Under the pieces are notes generated by a model that ran no database searches, was not told the DNA's origin, and was given only the letters and a program-made list of their open reading frames with translations. A stretch of 64,000 nucleotides of DNA from Iphione sp. A-MEVVRFRX5. Taxonomy: Eukaryota. The translations under genes and the position numbers were made by a program. Positions 10,926 to 22,733 of the stretch are shown here, one piece after another. Position 1 is the stretch's first letter; every line of letters starts with the position of its first letter. Location: positions 97,154,001 through 97,218,000 of the forward strand of contig OZ320315.1 of the NCBI GenBank assembly GCA_976226885.1, written 5' to 3'.

Positions 10926-11521
10926 GTTGATTGTGGGTGTACTCTGCTATTTCTACATGTATACATAACAAAACTGTACAGGTATTTTTGTATCTAATAC
11001 ATGCAAGTTTAACTGTTGTATTAAAAAGAGTGTACTTACATTCACTTGGGGGTCCAGATGGATGTTTCCTTATTCAGAGAAATTGTGTATGTCCAAAGGG
11101 ATGATTCCTTGCCACAGGTGTTTCTTCATCCAAAGAGAGACGTTTTCTTGTCTACAGGAGTGGTTTCCTTGACAGAATATGCCTTCAGGGTTTCTCTTGT
11201 GCCTTTTCAATCCTCCAGGAGGATCCCATTAACGAATCACATCTCTGGAACTTTCCTACATATTATCTAACCAATCAGTGGACATTTCTCATTTGATCCC
11301 CCCTCCCTCTTCCTCCCCTCTCCACCTTACCTACCTGTCATGAAAAAAAAACCGTTTCCTAACATTTCCTACCTTTTGTGAAACTAATTGAATTAAACTT
11401 CAGACATATATTTATAAATATGATTTCACTAATATTATCCTATATTGATACTACCATACACTATTATCCCTACCAATCTCCTCCTTTATAAACCCTCCTT
11501 TTCTTTTTTCTGTCACATGTT

Positions 11522-12481
11522 TTACCACCTTTCTTCATCTAACTTTTTCATCTGTTCACCTACCTTTCTTGCCATCTCATGAATTATTTCACCATCATTA
11601 TCCCATGACTCTTCCTCTATATTCCCTTCCTCCTTCTCCCATAACTCTTCCTCATTATTCTCAGTATCCCGGTTCTCCTCCTCCTCCCACTCTTTCTCCT
11701 CCTCCTCCTCTACCTCCTTTTTCCTCACTGTTGAAGGTGTCCAGATGGAATGGTAAACCTTAGGCTTAACTATTTCATTTTCTAGTAAGTATTTTATAAT
11801 ATGTTTTAGATCAAAACCAATGGAACAGTATCGTTCTAGGGTTTCCAAACAGACTGCAAATAGTTTGTGATATCTTATATAGCCAAAACTGCAGTTTGAA
11901 TTCAAAGAATAAAATGTACATTTTTGATCTGTGAAATATAAATTGTTCATGATCATATTCCTGATAGATCCCTTGATATCTGACTTCCATAAAGGTTCAA
12001 AACCAAAGTAGTCATCAAGTTTCTTCTTCTTTGTAAAGCGAGAATGCTTTATTATATCATCAATATATATCCTTGACATGATCATGTTAGCCAGGTACTG
12101 GGCATGTCCATAATCTACACTGTTATAAAGAAAAAGACCATGCACCAGTCTACATGCAAACTCCAAATGCCACATGTCATCTGGTAAGGATTTTTAAAAT
12201 TTGTGAGAAAAGGAGTTTAGATAGGCATGCTCATCACAAAATAGACTGTAATACATAATAGGTTTTCCACATCTCACCTTTATCCCATCCTGTGCTTCAC
12301 AGAACCTGTCTTCTCTTCTAAACCCTCCTACCTTCCTCTTTTTTGGAGCTGATCTTCCCGTCAGTGCAGCAACAATGTTTAGAAAAATGTACATGGAATA
12401 CATTTCTCTGTATGTGTGTGTCTGTGTGTTTGTGTGTAGTTTTCCCTGAGATGAATCCTCATTTGAAAATATAAATCCCAA
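11522..12481 (-). pseudogene. Putative nuclear protein: PKKRKV NLS, C-x8-C-x9-C-x2-H motif, acidic C-terminus (one in-frame stop or intron)
   Basis: ORFs 12194-12481 and 11522-12175 are in the same frame, separated by a single TAA (HKF*KSLPDDMWHL). Confidence 0.55.
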
Positions 12482-12689
12482 TGAGCACTTATGCTAGATC
12501 CAGAGAGATCCTAGAGATGTGTCCACTGTAGAGTCAAGCCAGAAAATGACACAGATTCGAACTAGTGAACCCCAGAGATCAACTACAATCATTACCTTGA
12601 ACATCTGTTCGATTTGATATCACTTTTATCTGGACGACACACCTGGACATTCCAGGTTCTTTGCTTATTGTGAGTGGTTATCAGCTTCA

Positions 12690-13200
12690 CCCGATTGGGT
12701 GAATCTCCTGCCCCCGTTCATGCATGTAAAATAAGGATAGAAGCCCATAAAGTATACCAAATTAAAGAGGAGACTTTCAGCTTTCAGAAAATATAAGTTA
12801 TGTGGTGATACGACGATTAAAACTGATGAAAAAAAATTTCTTTGTAGATGCACCCTCAACCACTGTAGATGCAGATTATGTGATTGCCGCTCGCCGCTTC
12901 CCAATTAGTGATACGTTTTGTACAATTATGAGCATACTAGACTAGATAGAGACAAACAAATTACAGATTCAAAAAGCCCAGAATCGCTGCTTTCGGCCGC
13001 TTCCCGACTGGGGATACATTTCATACAATTACGAGCAGATCGTAATAGATAGAGACAAACAGATGGTAGATTCAGAAAGCCCAGACTCTCTGCTTTTAGG
13101 AAATATAAAGTTTGTCTATATCGGACCACAACATGGTTAGATAATCGTCTCTGAATAGACCCCCCTATCAAACAGCTGTTCATCCGGTCGCCGCTTTCTG
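12690..13200 (-). repeat. R3: inverted block of the same repeat family with an internal ~103-bp partial duplication
   Basis: The reverse complement contains AAACTTTATATTTCCTAAAAGC (identical to R2), GGAAGCGGC and GTTTGTCTCTATCT. Confidence 0.75.
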
Positions 13201-13346
13201 ATCGGTTGCAATTAAACCTCCCAGGTTCGTTTTATTACCCCCAGCTAAACCAACATGCATGTGTGTCCCATTCTGTCCCACTTCCAACATCTTTAGAGGA
13301 TTTTTGAACCGTCTCAGACCTGTTTGAAACTCCTTCAGAGACAGAC

Positions 13347-14414
13347 ATGGCTAGTATGACAAGGTGGTTGATTTTCTTCTTGTGCTTGATTACATACACC
13401 ACTGGATACAGATGTGGCAGGTATTGTCGATGTATACCACAAAGAGGATTGATAAGTTGCTCACATAGAAATATCAGAAACTATCCAACATTTACCACCA
13501 CACATGGATTCACCAGGCTAGATTTGAGGAGTAACAGACTGACGCATTTGCCTGAGCCAGGATATACCAAACTCTTCACTAAGATTGATATTAGAGGAAA
13601 TCCGATCGATTGTGCGAAGGTTTTTGACAACATATCTTCTGTCATCATCCAGGATACATGTGTGGTTGTGAACAGGGCAGCTCTTAATACATCACCTCAG
13701 CCAACTGTCAAGGAACCTACCTCTCAACCAGTAATGACAACCACCACCACACCCAGTTTTGTGGATAGGCCTGCACTTAATACATCATCCTACAGGAAAA
13801 CTCACAATGCACATCAACCCTCTGATCATGTTGAGGAGCCTTCCTCTCAACCAGTGATGACAATAGCCTTCAGTACAACTGGTGCCATAGGATTTTGTGT
13901 CCTGATGACTGGTTCAATGTGTGCATTCATCTTTAAAACCAAGCGGAGCAAGGATGTGAGAAAGACTGTGCAAACTCAGGATGATGGACTTGGCATCACT
14001 AGCTCTGAGACGTCCTTTGTGTCATCATCACATGGTCATATTGAAGCTGATGGAAACAAGGTGACAGTGGCAGAGGTGCATAAACCTTCCTCTGCACCCT
14101 TGGATTTGTGTACACCAATGGAAGTCAGCACTGAGGGAGATATTTCTTCAGAGAATACATTTATGGCTGTGGCTGCTCCCTACACTCAGTCTAAAGGGAA
14201 CATTATTCATAACAAACGTCGTACTAGGGCTAGGCCCTACGAGGCTCCTCCTCCTCCACCGCTACCATCACCACCACCACTACCATCTGGGGAGAAGCCT
14301 TATAAATGTAAGAAACGATGTGGGACTTACAATCTGACTCTAATGAGGACTATCAAGGCAAGCGTAAAAAGTGATTGTCATTTGTTGTTTCCCCCATATA
14401 GAGTAAAGATGTAG
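13347..14414 (+). CDS. Minimal LRR type-I membrane protein (355 aa) with mucin-like stalk and long cytoplasmic tail
   Basis: Signal peptide, LRRNT (CGRYCRC..ISCS), LRRs LDLRSNRLTHLP and IDIRGNPIDC, duplicated ALNTS..EP(T/S)SQPVMT stalk, TM segment, Pro-rich tail. Intronless and intact. Confidence 0.85.
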   Translation: MASMTRWLIFFLCLITYTTGYRCGRYCRCIPQRGLISCSHRNIRNYPTFTTTHGFTRLDLRSNRLTHLPEPGYTKLFTKIDIRGNPIDCAKVFDNISSVIIQDTCVVVNRAALNTSPQPTVKEPTSQPVMTTTTTPSFVDRPALNTSSYRKTHNAHQPSDHVEEPSSQPVMTIAFSTTGAIGFCVLMTGSMCAFIFKTKRSKDVRKTVQTQDDGLGITSSETSFVSSSHGHIEADGNKVTVAEVHKPSSAPLDLCTPMEVSTEGDISSENTFMAVAAPYTQSKGNIIHNKRRTRARPYEAPPPPPLPSPPPLPSGEKPYKCKKRCGTYNLTLMRTIKASVKSDCHLLFPPYRVKM

Positions 14415-14699
14415 TTGGAAAAATATTACCAACGTTGTAACAACAAATATGCTTCTCACTTTTTTGTAGGGTAGTACCTTTCTTTAGTATCACATGTAGT
14501 TTTTGTTTATGCCACCTATATGCAAGAAAGATGTAGTTCTCATGTGGGTAAAAAGAAAGTTTTTTTTCTTTAGCCTCATGTAGATACATCTTTAAATGTA
14601 ACCTGATGAATGTTTTGAAGAGACAGTAAAGTGATTCATGTAAGACTGATGTTGGATTCTTTTTATTGATAATACATTTATATTTGGGTAGGGGAGGAT

Positions 14700-15130
14700 A
14701 AGAAGGAAACTGACCGACTGTACGAGCAGCATAATTTGTATTTAGGGTAGGTGTACTAAAGTGGGCAGAAGGACCACTTCTAATAATCATATCTACACAT
14801 ATTTTATATCTACAAAAAGCTGAGTCTCTGGGCATTTCAAATCTGTAATCAGTTTTTCTCTAGCACTAGGCTAAGTACCTGTAATCGGCGAGCGGATTCA
14901 CCGATTGGAAAAGCAGCCGACTGTACAAGTGGCATAATGTATGTTTTAGGGTAGGTCTACTAAAGTAGCCAAAAATACCACTTTTAATTATTTGATTTTC
15001 AAATATCTTATATCTACAAAAAGCTTGTACTCAGAGCTTTTCGAATCTGAAATCCGTTTGTCTCTATTTGAGCTAGAACAGTCGTAATCATACAAAACAT
15101 ATCTTCAATTGGCAAGCGGCCGACAGGGTA
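14700..15130 (+). repeat. R4: ~204-bp repeat block (2 units)
   Basis: Cores at 14750 and 14954. Same unit motifs as R1 and R2. Confidence 0.85.
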
Positions 15131-16106
15131 GCGACCGACGGGAAGAGGTGATAGGAAGATACCGATTATTCTTTGATGCTACCACTGTTTCACACATACC
15201 TACATGTTAAAATCGAAGCTTAGAGACACTCCTTTCATCTAGATGTAATCCATCTGATACAAACATGAAAAACGAGCCCCTAGGTGTCATACAAAGAGTA
15301 GGGAACTACAACATGTGTTATCACTTTGATAATCTCTCTGATAAAGTATGGCAAACGAACTCTTAGATGTGGTAGGGGGAGGGAGCACTGATGGTGGGGC
15401 TAAAAATTGATCTGACCCAGGTGCTCCTTAGGTTCCTCAGGGGTCTACCCATGAATACCCTTACCGGGAGGACACATGGGCTACTTGCAGGATTTTCCCT
15501 AGTAGGCTTTGATAGTCATGCCTACTAACCATCTTGTGTTCACTAGCTTTGGTTACAACCAGAAGTATCTGCCCTATTCTGCCTTTCGGGATGGACAATA
15601 TCATGTTTTGGGTGTCTATTCAACAATCTCCGATGTACATGTCTGATCTCTGATGTACATGTCAGAGCTTTCCGTGTGAAAACAGTGCAAACAACAAAAA
15701 GAGTGCAGGAATATCGAATGCGCTGAAAACAGCAGGAATGCATAGTATTTAGAATGAAACGGGCAAGCATTGAGTACAGGGTACATTTCATAGGCATTCA
15801 CCCCTGGTCATATGTTATATCATCAGGGTAATAAACATTCTTTATAAACAGTCTTTTTGTTTGACACAGTTCTTATCTCCAACTCAGCAATGATAGATGA
15901 GATATTCATAACTATAGTAAACATTTCCATGTAGATACATGATTGAGAGTCCAAAGCTGCTCAATCTATTGAGTGAGTATGATACTAATACAGACGACAT
16001 TATTAATTGATCATACCCAAACTTGGTTACCAGTATAGAACTATATCTCACACCTCGCACTGAGAAGGAATGCTTCTGTTACATGGACGGGTCTTTAACA
16101 AAAACA

Positions 16107-16598
16107 TTAAAGTAGAATGTTGTGTGGCACAGCTTGAAGCAGTTCACCAAAGTCACATGCACGGATGGACAATGACATAACTACTCTGGTTGTAACAGGA
16201 TTAGTCCAATAGACTAAAACCAAGTATGGCTCCAGTTTCAATGCTACTTCATGGATATTAGAACTGGGAGAGGAGGAAGTAGAGTTAGGGCACCAGGGCA
16301 GGGGCTTGCGGCAAGATGGGTAGAGGCGGGATAAAAGACAGTCAGAGGACTGTCCAGGATAGGATGTACATGCAGTTAGCCTAGGGGCAAATTCTCCATA
16401 TGTTTTATAAGGGCAGGGAGTATAGTGCAGATTCGCTGTGACCTCGCATGCCCCCAGTATTGCTACCACAGTCATATGCGGGTTTTGGTGACAGTCATGG
16501 TCATGGTCCTCATACCGTTTTCTCCAGCCATTGTAATCATGGTTTATTGACTGACTTCCACCCTCGCCAGTGGTCATTGGCTGCCTTCTGGGTTTCAA
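16107..16598 (-). pseudogene. Possible degenerate SGNH-type ORF remnant
   Basis: VVAILGACEVT resembles block III of the other SGNH ORFs (LCGGICDIT). Other blocks are not recognisable. Confidence 0.3.
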
Positions 16599-16891
16599 CT
16601 ACTCCTTTGCTGACTGCGGGAGACTGTTCCAAGCTGTGGTTCTGTCTAGTGGTAGGAGACCTAGTCTCCATTGATTGTTGACCCCTCCATGGAAGATCAA
16701 GTCTCTCAGCCTAGTGACCCCAAATTTCTTGCTTAGAGTGGCTGCTAAGAGGAAACTTCCTTTCTGTAGGCAAATTCTGGCACATCTTTTAAGATGAACC
16801 TGGAGCTTGACCATCGTTGATGATGATATGCCAAACCAAAGGGCAGCATGGTAATGGAAGTGTGTATAGACCAGGCTTTTGAAGAGCAGGA

Positions 16892-19730
16892 ATAATTCCC
16901 GTCGACATAACTTAGGCCGGAAGGGATGTGTAGAGGTTGGAATAAGCTGAGAACACAAAAACACGAGGCCATAATTGTGAACAAATAGTGGGCGAATGCC
17001 GCCCCTTTATTACAAAGCAAGAGAAAAAGAAAAACGTCTGTAGTTTAAACTAGCGAACACTGGTTATATGTACCGGGAAGTCGCTACCTGGTGTATCATT
17101 GAATTATACCTGCGTACCCATGTACGCTCCCCATAATTCCCGTTGACATAACTTAGGCCAGAAGGGATGTGTAGGAAGTGGGAATAAGCTGAGAACACAC
17201 AAGACAAGACCATAATTGCGAACAAATAGCCACAGTTCCAGCCAACGCAGTGCCGTCAGGTAGGGATTTTGGGATCCCGCCAAACAAACAGCAGGTCTGA
17301 GGGGGACCCCGGTGTAGACACAATGTAACTTGACAGCCAGTGAGCTGCACAGAGCACTTTGAGGGGGCAGCGGGCCAAAGGAATGCAAAGGATCCTGTCC
17401 TGGAACTGGATAGTCTTTGTAACCTTGACTGTCAGAAGTACCCCGTAGCTGGTGAAGGAGACGTCACTCCTAGTAAGGGGATGTAATTCCATATCTCTCG
17501 AGCTGAAGACATTTGATTTCTGCAGGAACCTGCGGAAACAAAGGCAGATAGCTGCCCAAGTAAGCCATTGGGATCGGTCGGATAGGTCCACGTGGGCGAA
17601 CATGGCTAGTAGTTGAGACGGGAACAGGGGCATCTTAAACTTCATTTGCCAGCCCAGTTCCTGCTTCATCCCTCTCAGCAAGAACTGGATGCTAACATGC
17701 TTGCGGAAGGAGTGGGTGACATGTCGATCATGTTAATTTTAATGCCCAGGAAGAGGCAGGACTGTGACGGGGCCAACAACTTGCCCCAGCTGAGGAAAAA
17801 TCCCAAGGAGGGCAGTAGCCTAATAGCTGTGAGCTGGTGATCCACGCATGTCTCGTAAGTGGGGGCGACCACAAAATCGTGAAATAAGCATGGGGCCATC
17901 TTGGCCCTGAAGCACAAGCAGTTGTCCTGAAGGTAGTAATCCACCCCTCCGAATTCCCATTTGAGGCCCTGGTGTTCGTGATCTGCTGGATGCATGTTCA
18001 TCTAGTGGTAGGCGGCCTTAATCTCAATGCTGCATGCAAAGTAACCTAGTTCTATCAAGGTGGCTACCTTGTCTATCTTGGTTCATGTAATTGTTGATTG
18101 ATTTACCTTTAGGCCTGCTGCAGTCTGTGATGGGGCGTATACCTCCCCTCTACTTTGGGACTGCACCAATCGCATGTATCTGGCGAGGTTAAGTGTGCAT
18201 GACAAAGATTTTGTCTTCTGTGATCTCTGACTAAATGAGGTCAGTGAGCGTGCGGTAGTTGTCCTTATGCCGACAGGATTTGTAGTTGTGAGCCTCGTAC
18301 GTCAGTATGTCAGCCCCCGGGTTGATGGTCTTGAACCCGTATGCAATCCCATCCAGCAAGTAATGCATGTCAGGATCGTTGTTGTCTAGCAGCTCCTAAT
18401 ACCAGGTGGCAAGGTTGAGCTGACTGCGAGTGCCGCCGATGTGAAAAGGGGCCCCCTGCCAGGTGGCCTGTAGACGAGGGTCAGCGATGATGGACCGCAC
18501 ATCTGGGGAAGTGACGACACTTGTATAGCCCCCAGACTTTACCACTTTGGCGCCAACTATGGTCTCTAGCGGCATTTGTTCTCCTCCTCCTTCTTCTTCG
18601 ATGGGCAATCCACCACCTTGTGTGATTTGCGGCATGCAGAACATACATGTAGTCTGCGACAATTGGCAAAGGGACATTCACGCCTGTTGTGTTGCCAACA
18701 AACGTCTTGTGGGAAATTATCCCACTCTCTGTTAGCCTGGCGCTTGTCTCTGGGGCCCCCGATAGCTGGAAACACGTCATCCACCAGAAAATAAGCCCCA
18801 CTGTCAGTGTCAGCTACCGCCCAGTCTGCTAGTTCCCCAGTGAGGACTTTTGTGGTCACTGCATGCTCGTACTGAGACCAATTTTCTGGTGAGTACCCTC
18901 TTTTTGATCCTTTAAAGGCAACAAATCTCAAATGCTTCAAATAGCCCTGAATAGGTAGAGATTGTTTAAAAATGTGGGCGAGGACACTTGTCATGCCATA
19001 AATAAGCTCACCGAATTGCAGTTTCTCCTGTGTGACGTCTCGGGAAACATGGACTTCTGGCCTGAACCTGCTTGCTGATTTCTTCTTGCCGTCCTGGTGA
19101 GCCTCTATATCCACCTGCCCTCTGTCCTCTCTAAAGACACTGTGTCCCAGACCTGGGTCAGGGAATTGGAAGCCTGTTTTGAGTGGCCTGCCCTGGCCAT
19201 TGCCGGACGCTTGACCGTTAGCGTTGGCGCCAGCCACTGAGTTAGTCCCGCTGGCATTCCCTGCTGACTGGTTCTGGCCTCCTGTGTTGTTTGCCCGATC
19301 GTAGTGCAAGCCTTGCCTGCCGGACCTCCTCCAGTCATTTTCTTAGGCGGGTTTCCTCCGATTCTTGCTCCTCTGCCAGACGTGCTTCCTCCTGCTCGAT
19401 CTGCTTTTGCAGCCAGGTGAGGTACTCCGGTGAGCCTTGGCTCGGGGGCTTGTCTGGTCCCGAAGATTGGGGGTTATCTTCGCCATCTAAATGGCCCCCT
19501 AGATTCGATAACATGGTGTCATCGGGATTCAGAAGGCATAAATGTACCTGCATTCCATACCAGTCGGGGGTAGGTGACAGTCTCCGCAAGCTGTACAGTT
19601 GACGCTCATGACTTGCTGAGCCAAAAAAAAATCTGCAGTTTGAACTAGCGAACACTGGTCATGTGTACCAGGGAATTGCTACCTGGTGTATCGTCTTCGA
19701 ATTATACCCGCGTACCCACGTACGCTCCCC
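16892..19730 (-). mobile_element. Ngaro/PAT-like YR retrotransposon B with complete split direct repeats (A1-ORFs-B1-A2-B2), internally deleted
   Basis: A1 about 19633-19730, B1 17133-about 17230, A2 about 17037-17132, B2 16892-about 16985. Gag with CCCH-like finger (18566-19655), RT (17680-18450), partial YR (17256-17681). Confidence 0.9.
18566..19655 (-). pseudogene. Ngaro B gag with Cys/His finger
   Basis: ORFs 19335-19655 and 18566-19309. CWQHNRRECPFANCRRLHVCSACRKSHKVVDCP. Confidence 0.8.
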
Positions 19731-21070
19731 GACATGCTCACAGCAGCAGAAAGCTCTTCATTCTGCCAATCTGCAGTGAGGCAGACCAAGAAGCTCGCTT
19801 GATTTTATTGACGCTTTCCTTCATTTTCAGCCGGCCATCAATATTGTAGCCAAGCAATAAGACAGGATAAGTAGTGACCGTTGTTAGACTGTCCCCACAC
19901 AGGCATAGATCCAGTGGGATACCAGCTGCCTTACCAAGTGGGTAGTAAGCGCATTTCTTTGTATTAAGTAAGATACCACATCCAAGGTTGTAGGTGCCAC
20001 TCCTCAGAGTTGTATAATACCACGTGACTGTTCCGGGGAAGGATGTTAACTACCGCATTTACCGCTAGATTGAATACCAAAGGGTCAGTTCCCTATGCTT
20101 TAGAAGTCTTGACCATGGCAGCAGACGAATTGTTGGCGTCCCGACAGGTATGACAGGTCCTGACAGCTAGGTAATGATCATTTTCCACAGCTGACTACCC
20201 GCACGCATGTCTCTTAGTCTTCTCAACACTTTAGCATGCCTCACAAGGTCAAATGTCAGAAGACACATATAGAGACCTTGGTTCAGCAGCTCATTTGCGA
20301 CATTTATCAGCCCAACCATGGCAGACTCCGTACTTCTGCCAGTCCTGAAACCGTGCTGAGAACTGGTGATTGCATTGTTTAGCTCCAGTTTCCTTGTCAA
20401 TGCATCTGTAAACCATTCGCAAAGTTTACCAGGGATAGGCAAGATAGATACATGGTGGTAATTGTTCAGTTCACTAATGTCCCCCTTTTAATGGACCAGC
20501 TTTACCCATGCTAGCTACCAGCTAGCAGTATAATGTCCTGTGGTGTAGATCCTCTCGAATAGCCAGGCTAGGTAATCAGGACACTTAAGAAGAAGTGGCT
20601 TCAGGATACTGGTCGGGACCCCCTCCATGCCTGACGATTTCCTCAGGTCCACTTTCTTCACCGAATCCCTTACCTCTAGCGGCGTCGGGGTCCTTAGTTC
20701 AAAACCGTCACCATGTAGAAAGGTGTCCATGGTTTTGATGTCCTTGTTCTTATCTGCCAAGGTTTCTACTTCCTCAATGAAGAAGCGGTTGAAAGACGTT
20801 GCCAGGTTTTCACCCTTACTCATCAGCCACTCATCGTGTCAGGCAGGCACTCCTTGTGTATGTTCCTGTTTAACACTTTGTTCAGGCATGCCGAGTTCGC
20901 CCTTCGCTTCGGTGAGGACAGTCTCCCAGTGGGCACTTACGTTTCGTGGCATTCTTTACCGGGTGATTCAGGAATTTGAAAATCCTGTGGCTATCAGTGC
21001 AACCTGTTCTCCTCCACCGATTGAAGAAGAATAGCCAGTCTGTAGTCACTGCCCTGACATCACCATTAAC

Positions 21071-22733
21071 TTTTTTTTTTTTTTTATTGCTTTATTTAAC
21101 CTGGAATCTTATACAAATAGTACGTATATCCAGGATGTTCAAGTCAAATTTGTCAAATAAAATCCATTAATGTTATGAGATGATATGTATCATTATATAC
21201 AATGATTTTCTGTGCCGATTTACGATAACTTCTGCATTACTCTTTATCTTTTACGGTTGATTTACCTCCCTTCATCAGACGATGCCTGCGAAAGGTCATT
21301 TGTTTTCAATATGTTCCATAAGATCACTGACAGACGACGCCTGCAGTGTTTTGACTAGCTATCACTGGAGATATCCTTTTATAAATTGTTTGAATTGACT
21401 TTTCGACATTTTTTCACTACCAGGTGGTAATCTATTCCAAATATTACTGCCCATATACTCAGGTGAACCTCTGAACCCCTCTCGTTGTACTCTTGGACAT
21501 TAAAAGTGGTATTTTCTCTCCCATCTAGTCCTGCCATTCACATTGATTAATCCTTTGTCGTCAAGCATATCATTATACATTAGGTTTAACAGCATATAGT
21601 CCCGTCTGGCCTTCAGGCTTGGACATTTACTAATCATAAGACAATTGTCTGAGCCCCGTCCCTCACCTACTCCTAGACGTACTGCCTTTCTATATAGCCT
21701 GTTTAGTCGATCAAATGAATCTGTACCATCTCTAGCAAAAACGGCTATTCCATATTCAATGATTGGTAGGATCATTGTTTTCACAAGCAAGATACGATCT
21801 TTTCTGGATAATAACTTTCTCAGCTTTGCAAAGTATCTAATTTTTTGTGATACTCTTTTATATATTGCATCAACGTGCCACCTATAGGTAAGCGTTTCAT
21901 CTAGTAGAAGCCCTAGATACCTATAGCTCGCCACTCGACCTATTTCATCATCTCCAATTGTAATTTTGGGGATATTTCGCGGATGGTATCGGTAATTGAA
22001 ACCCATTACTTTAGTTTTACTTATGTTCAGTTTGATTCTATGTTTGTCTGACCATTGCTTGATATTCAATAGATCTCCTTGTAGTTTTGCTCCTGCCTCT
22101 TTCAGTGAGTTTCCTTCGCTTATAATCATAAGGCCGTCCGCATAAAGAAATGCCTTGGTATTTTTACAGACCTTTTGAATGCCTTCTATGAATATCACAA
22201 ATAGGAGAGGTCCGAGCTGGGATCCCTGAGGGACCCCACAGGTAATTCGCCCGGTTTTTGATTTTTTGTCATTGGCTACTGTGAACTGGGTTCTATACGA
22301 CAGATAATCTTTAAACCATTTCAAGCTATTCACAACTCCCATGTTATTCAATTTAGACAGGATAATATTGTGATTCACAGAATCAAATGCTTTCTTGTAA
22401 TCAACGTAGCAGGCCATAACCTTTTTACCTACATTAAGATTTCGATGTATTTCAACTTGAATGTTCCCATCTTCTGATTGTTTCCATGAATCACGTAGTG
22501 GACACATCTCTTCCACTTTTGATCTTAGGTCCAAGATAAAAACCTCCCAGGACATCTTGTGGTCAATGCTGAGTTTCATTGATGCCTCTTGTAGGTGATC
22601 ATCAAGCGTCAAACTTGCTCCATTGTCTCCTCATCACCCTAGTCATGTGGATTCTTGGCCTGCCTTGCTTTACATCAACTGTGTCACTTAATGATCACTA
22701 AGGGACCATTCGAGGACTCTTCCTCCATGTCTG
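21071..22733 (-). mobile_element. LINE F, 3-prime part (RT) with poly(A) tail
   Basis: T15 at 21071-21085 plus TTTATT. ORF 21500-22612 has VDYKKAFDSV, GVPQGSQLGP, YADG and YLG. Confidence 0.9.

Larger units (their letters stand above)
16600..21070 (-). mobile_element. LINE E ORF2 remnant, interrupted by the Ngaro element at 16892-19730 and cut at 21071 by LINE F
   Basis: RT pieces at 20167-20823 (QHGFRTGRSTESA). The C-terminal frame resumes across the insertion. Similar to LINE H (FRKWKRLG vs FNRWRRTG). Confidence 0.8.

Noticed and set aside
14290-14325. GEKPYKC Kruppel-type linker in the second LRR tail
   Set aside because: It is not followed by a complete C2H2 finger and may be coincidental.
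9615-14414. Calling the LRR genes variable lymphocyte receptors or Toll-like receptors
   Set aside because: Only the general architecture is shared. There is no TIR domain, no VLR-specific C-terminus and no array of LRR donor cassettes.
8826-15130. CRISPR-like array interpretation of the repeats
   Set aside because: Units are ~203 bp and degenerate, with no repeat-spacer alternation and no cas genes. The context is eukaryotic.
15543-15801. Possible degenerate C2H2 zinc-finger exon (FCCLHC..FTRK..IRHVH across frames)
   Set aside because: It needs frameshifts through a short tandem duplication and is too weak to call.
15130-16100. Polinton terminal inverted repeat, integrase or capsid genes
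   Set aside because: No AG-repeat terminus, matching TIR or core-gene motifs were recognisable, so the Polinton call rests on the PolB-like fragment alone.
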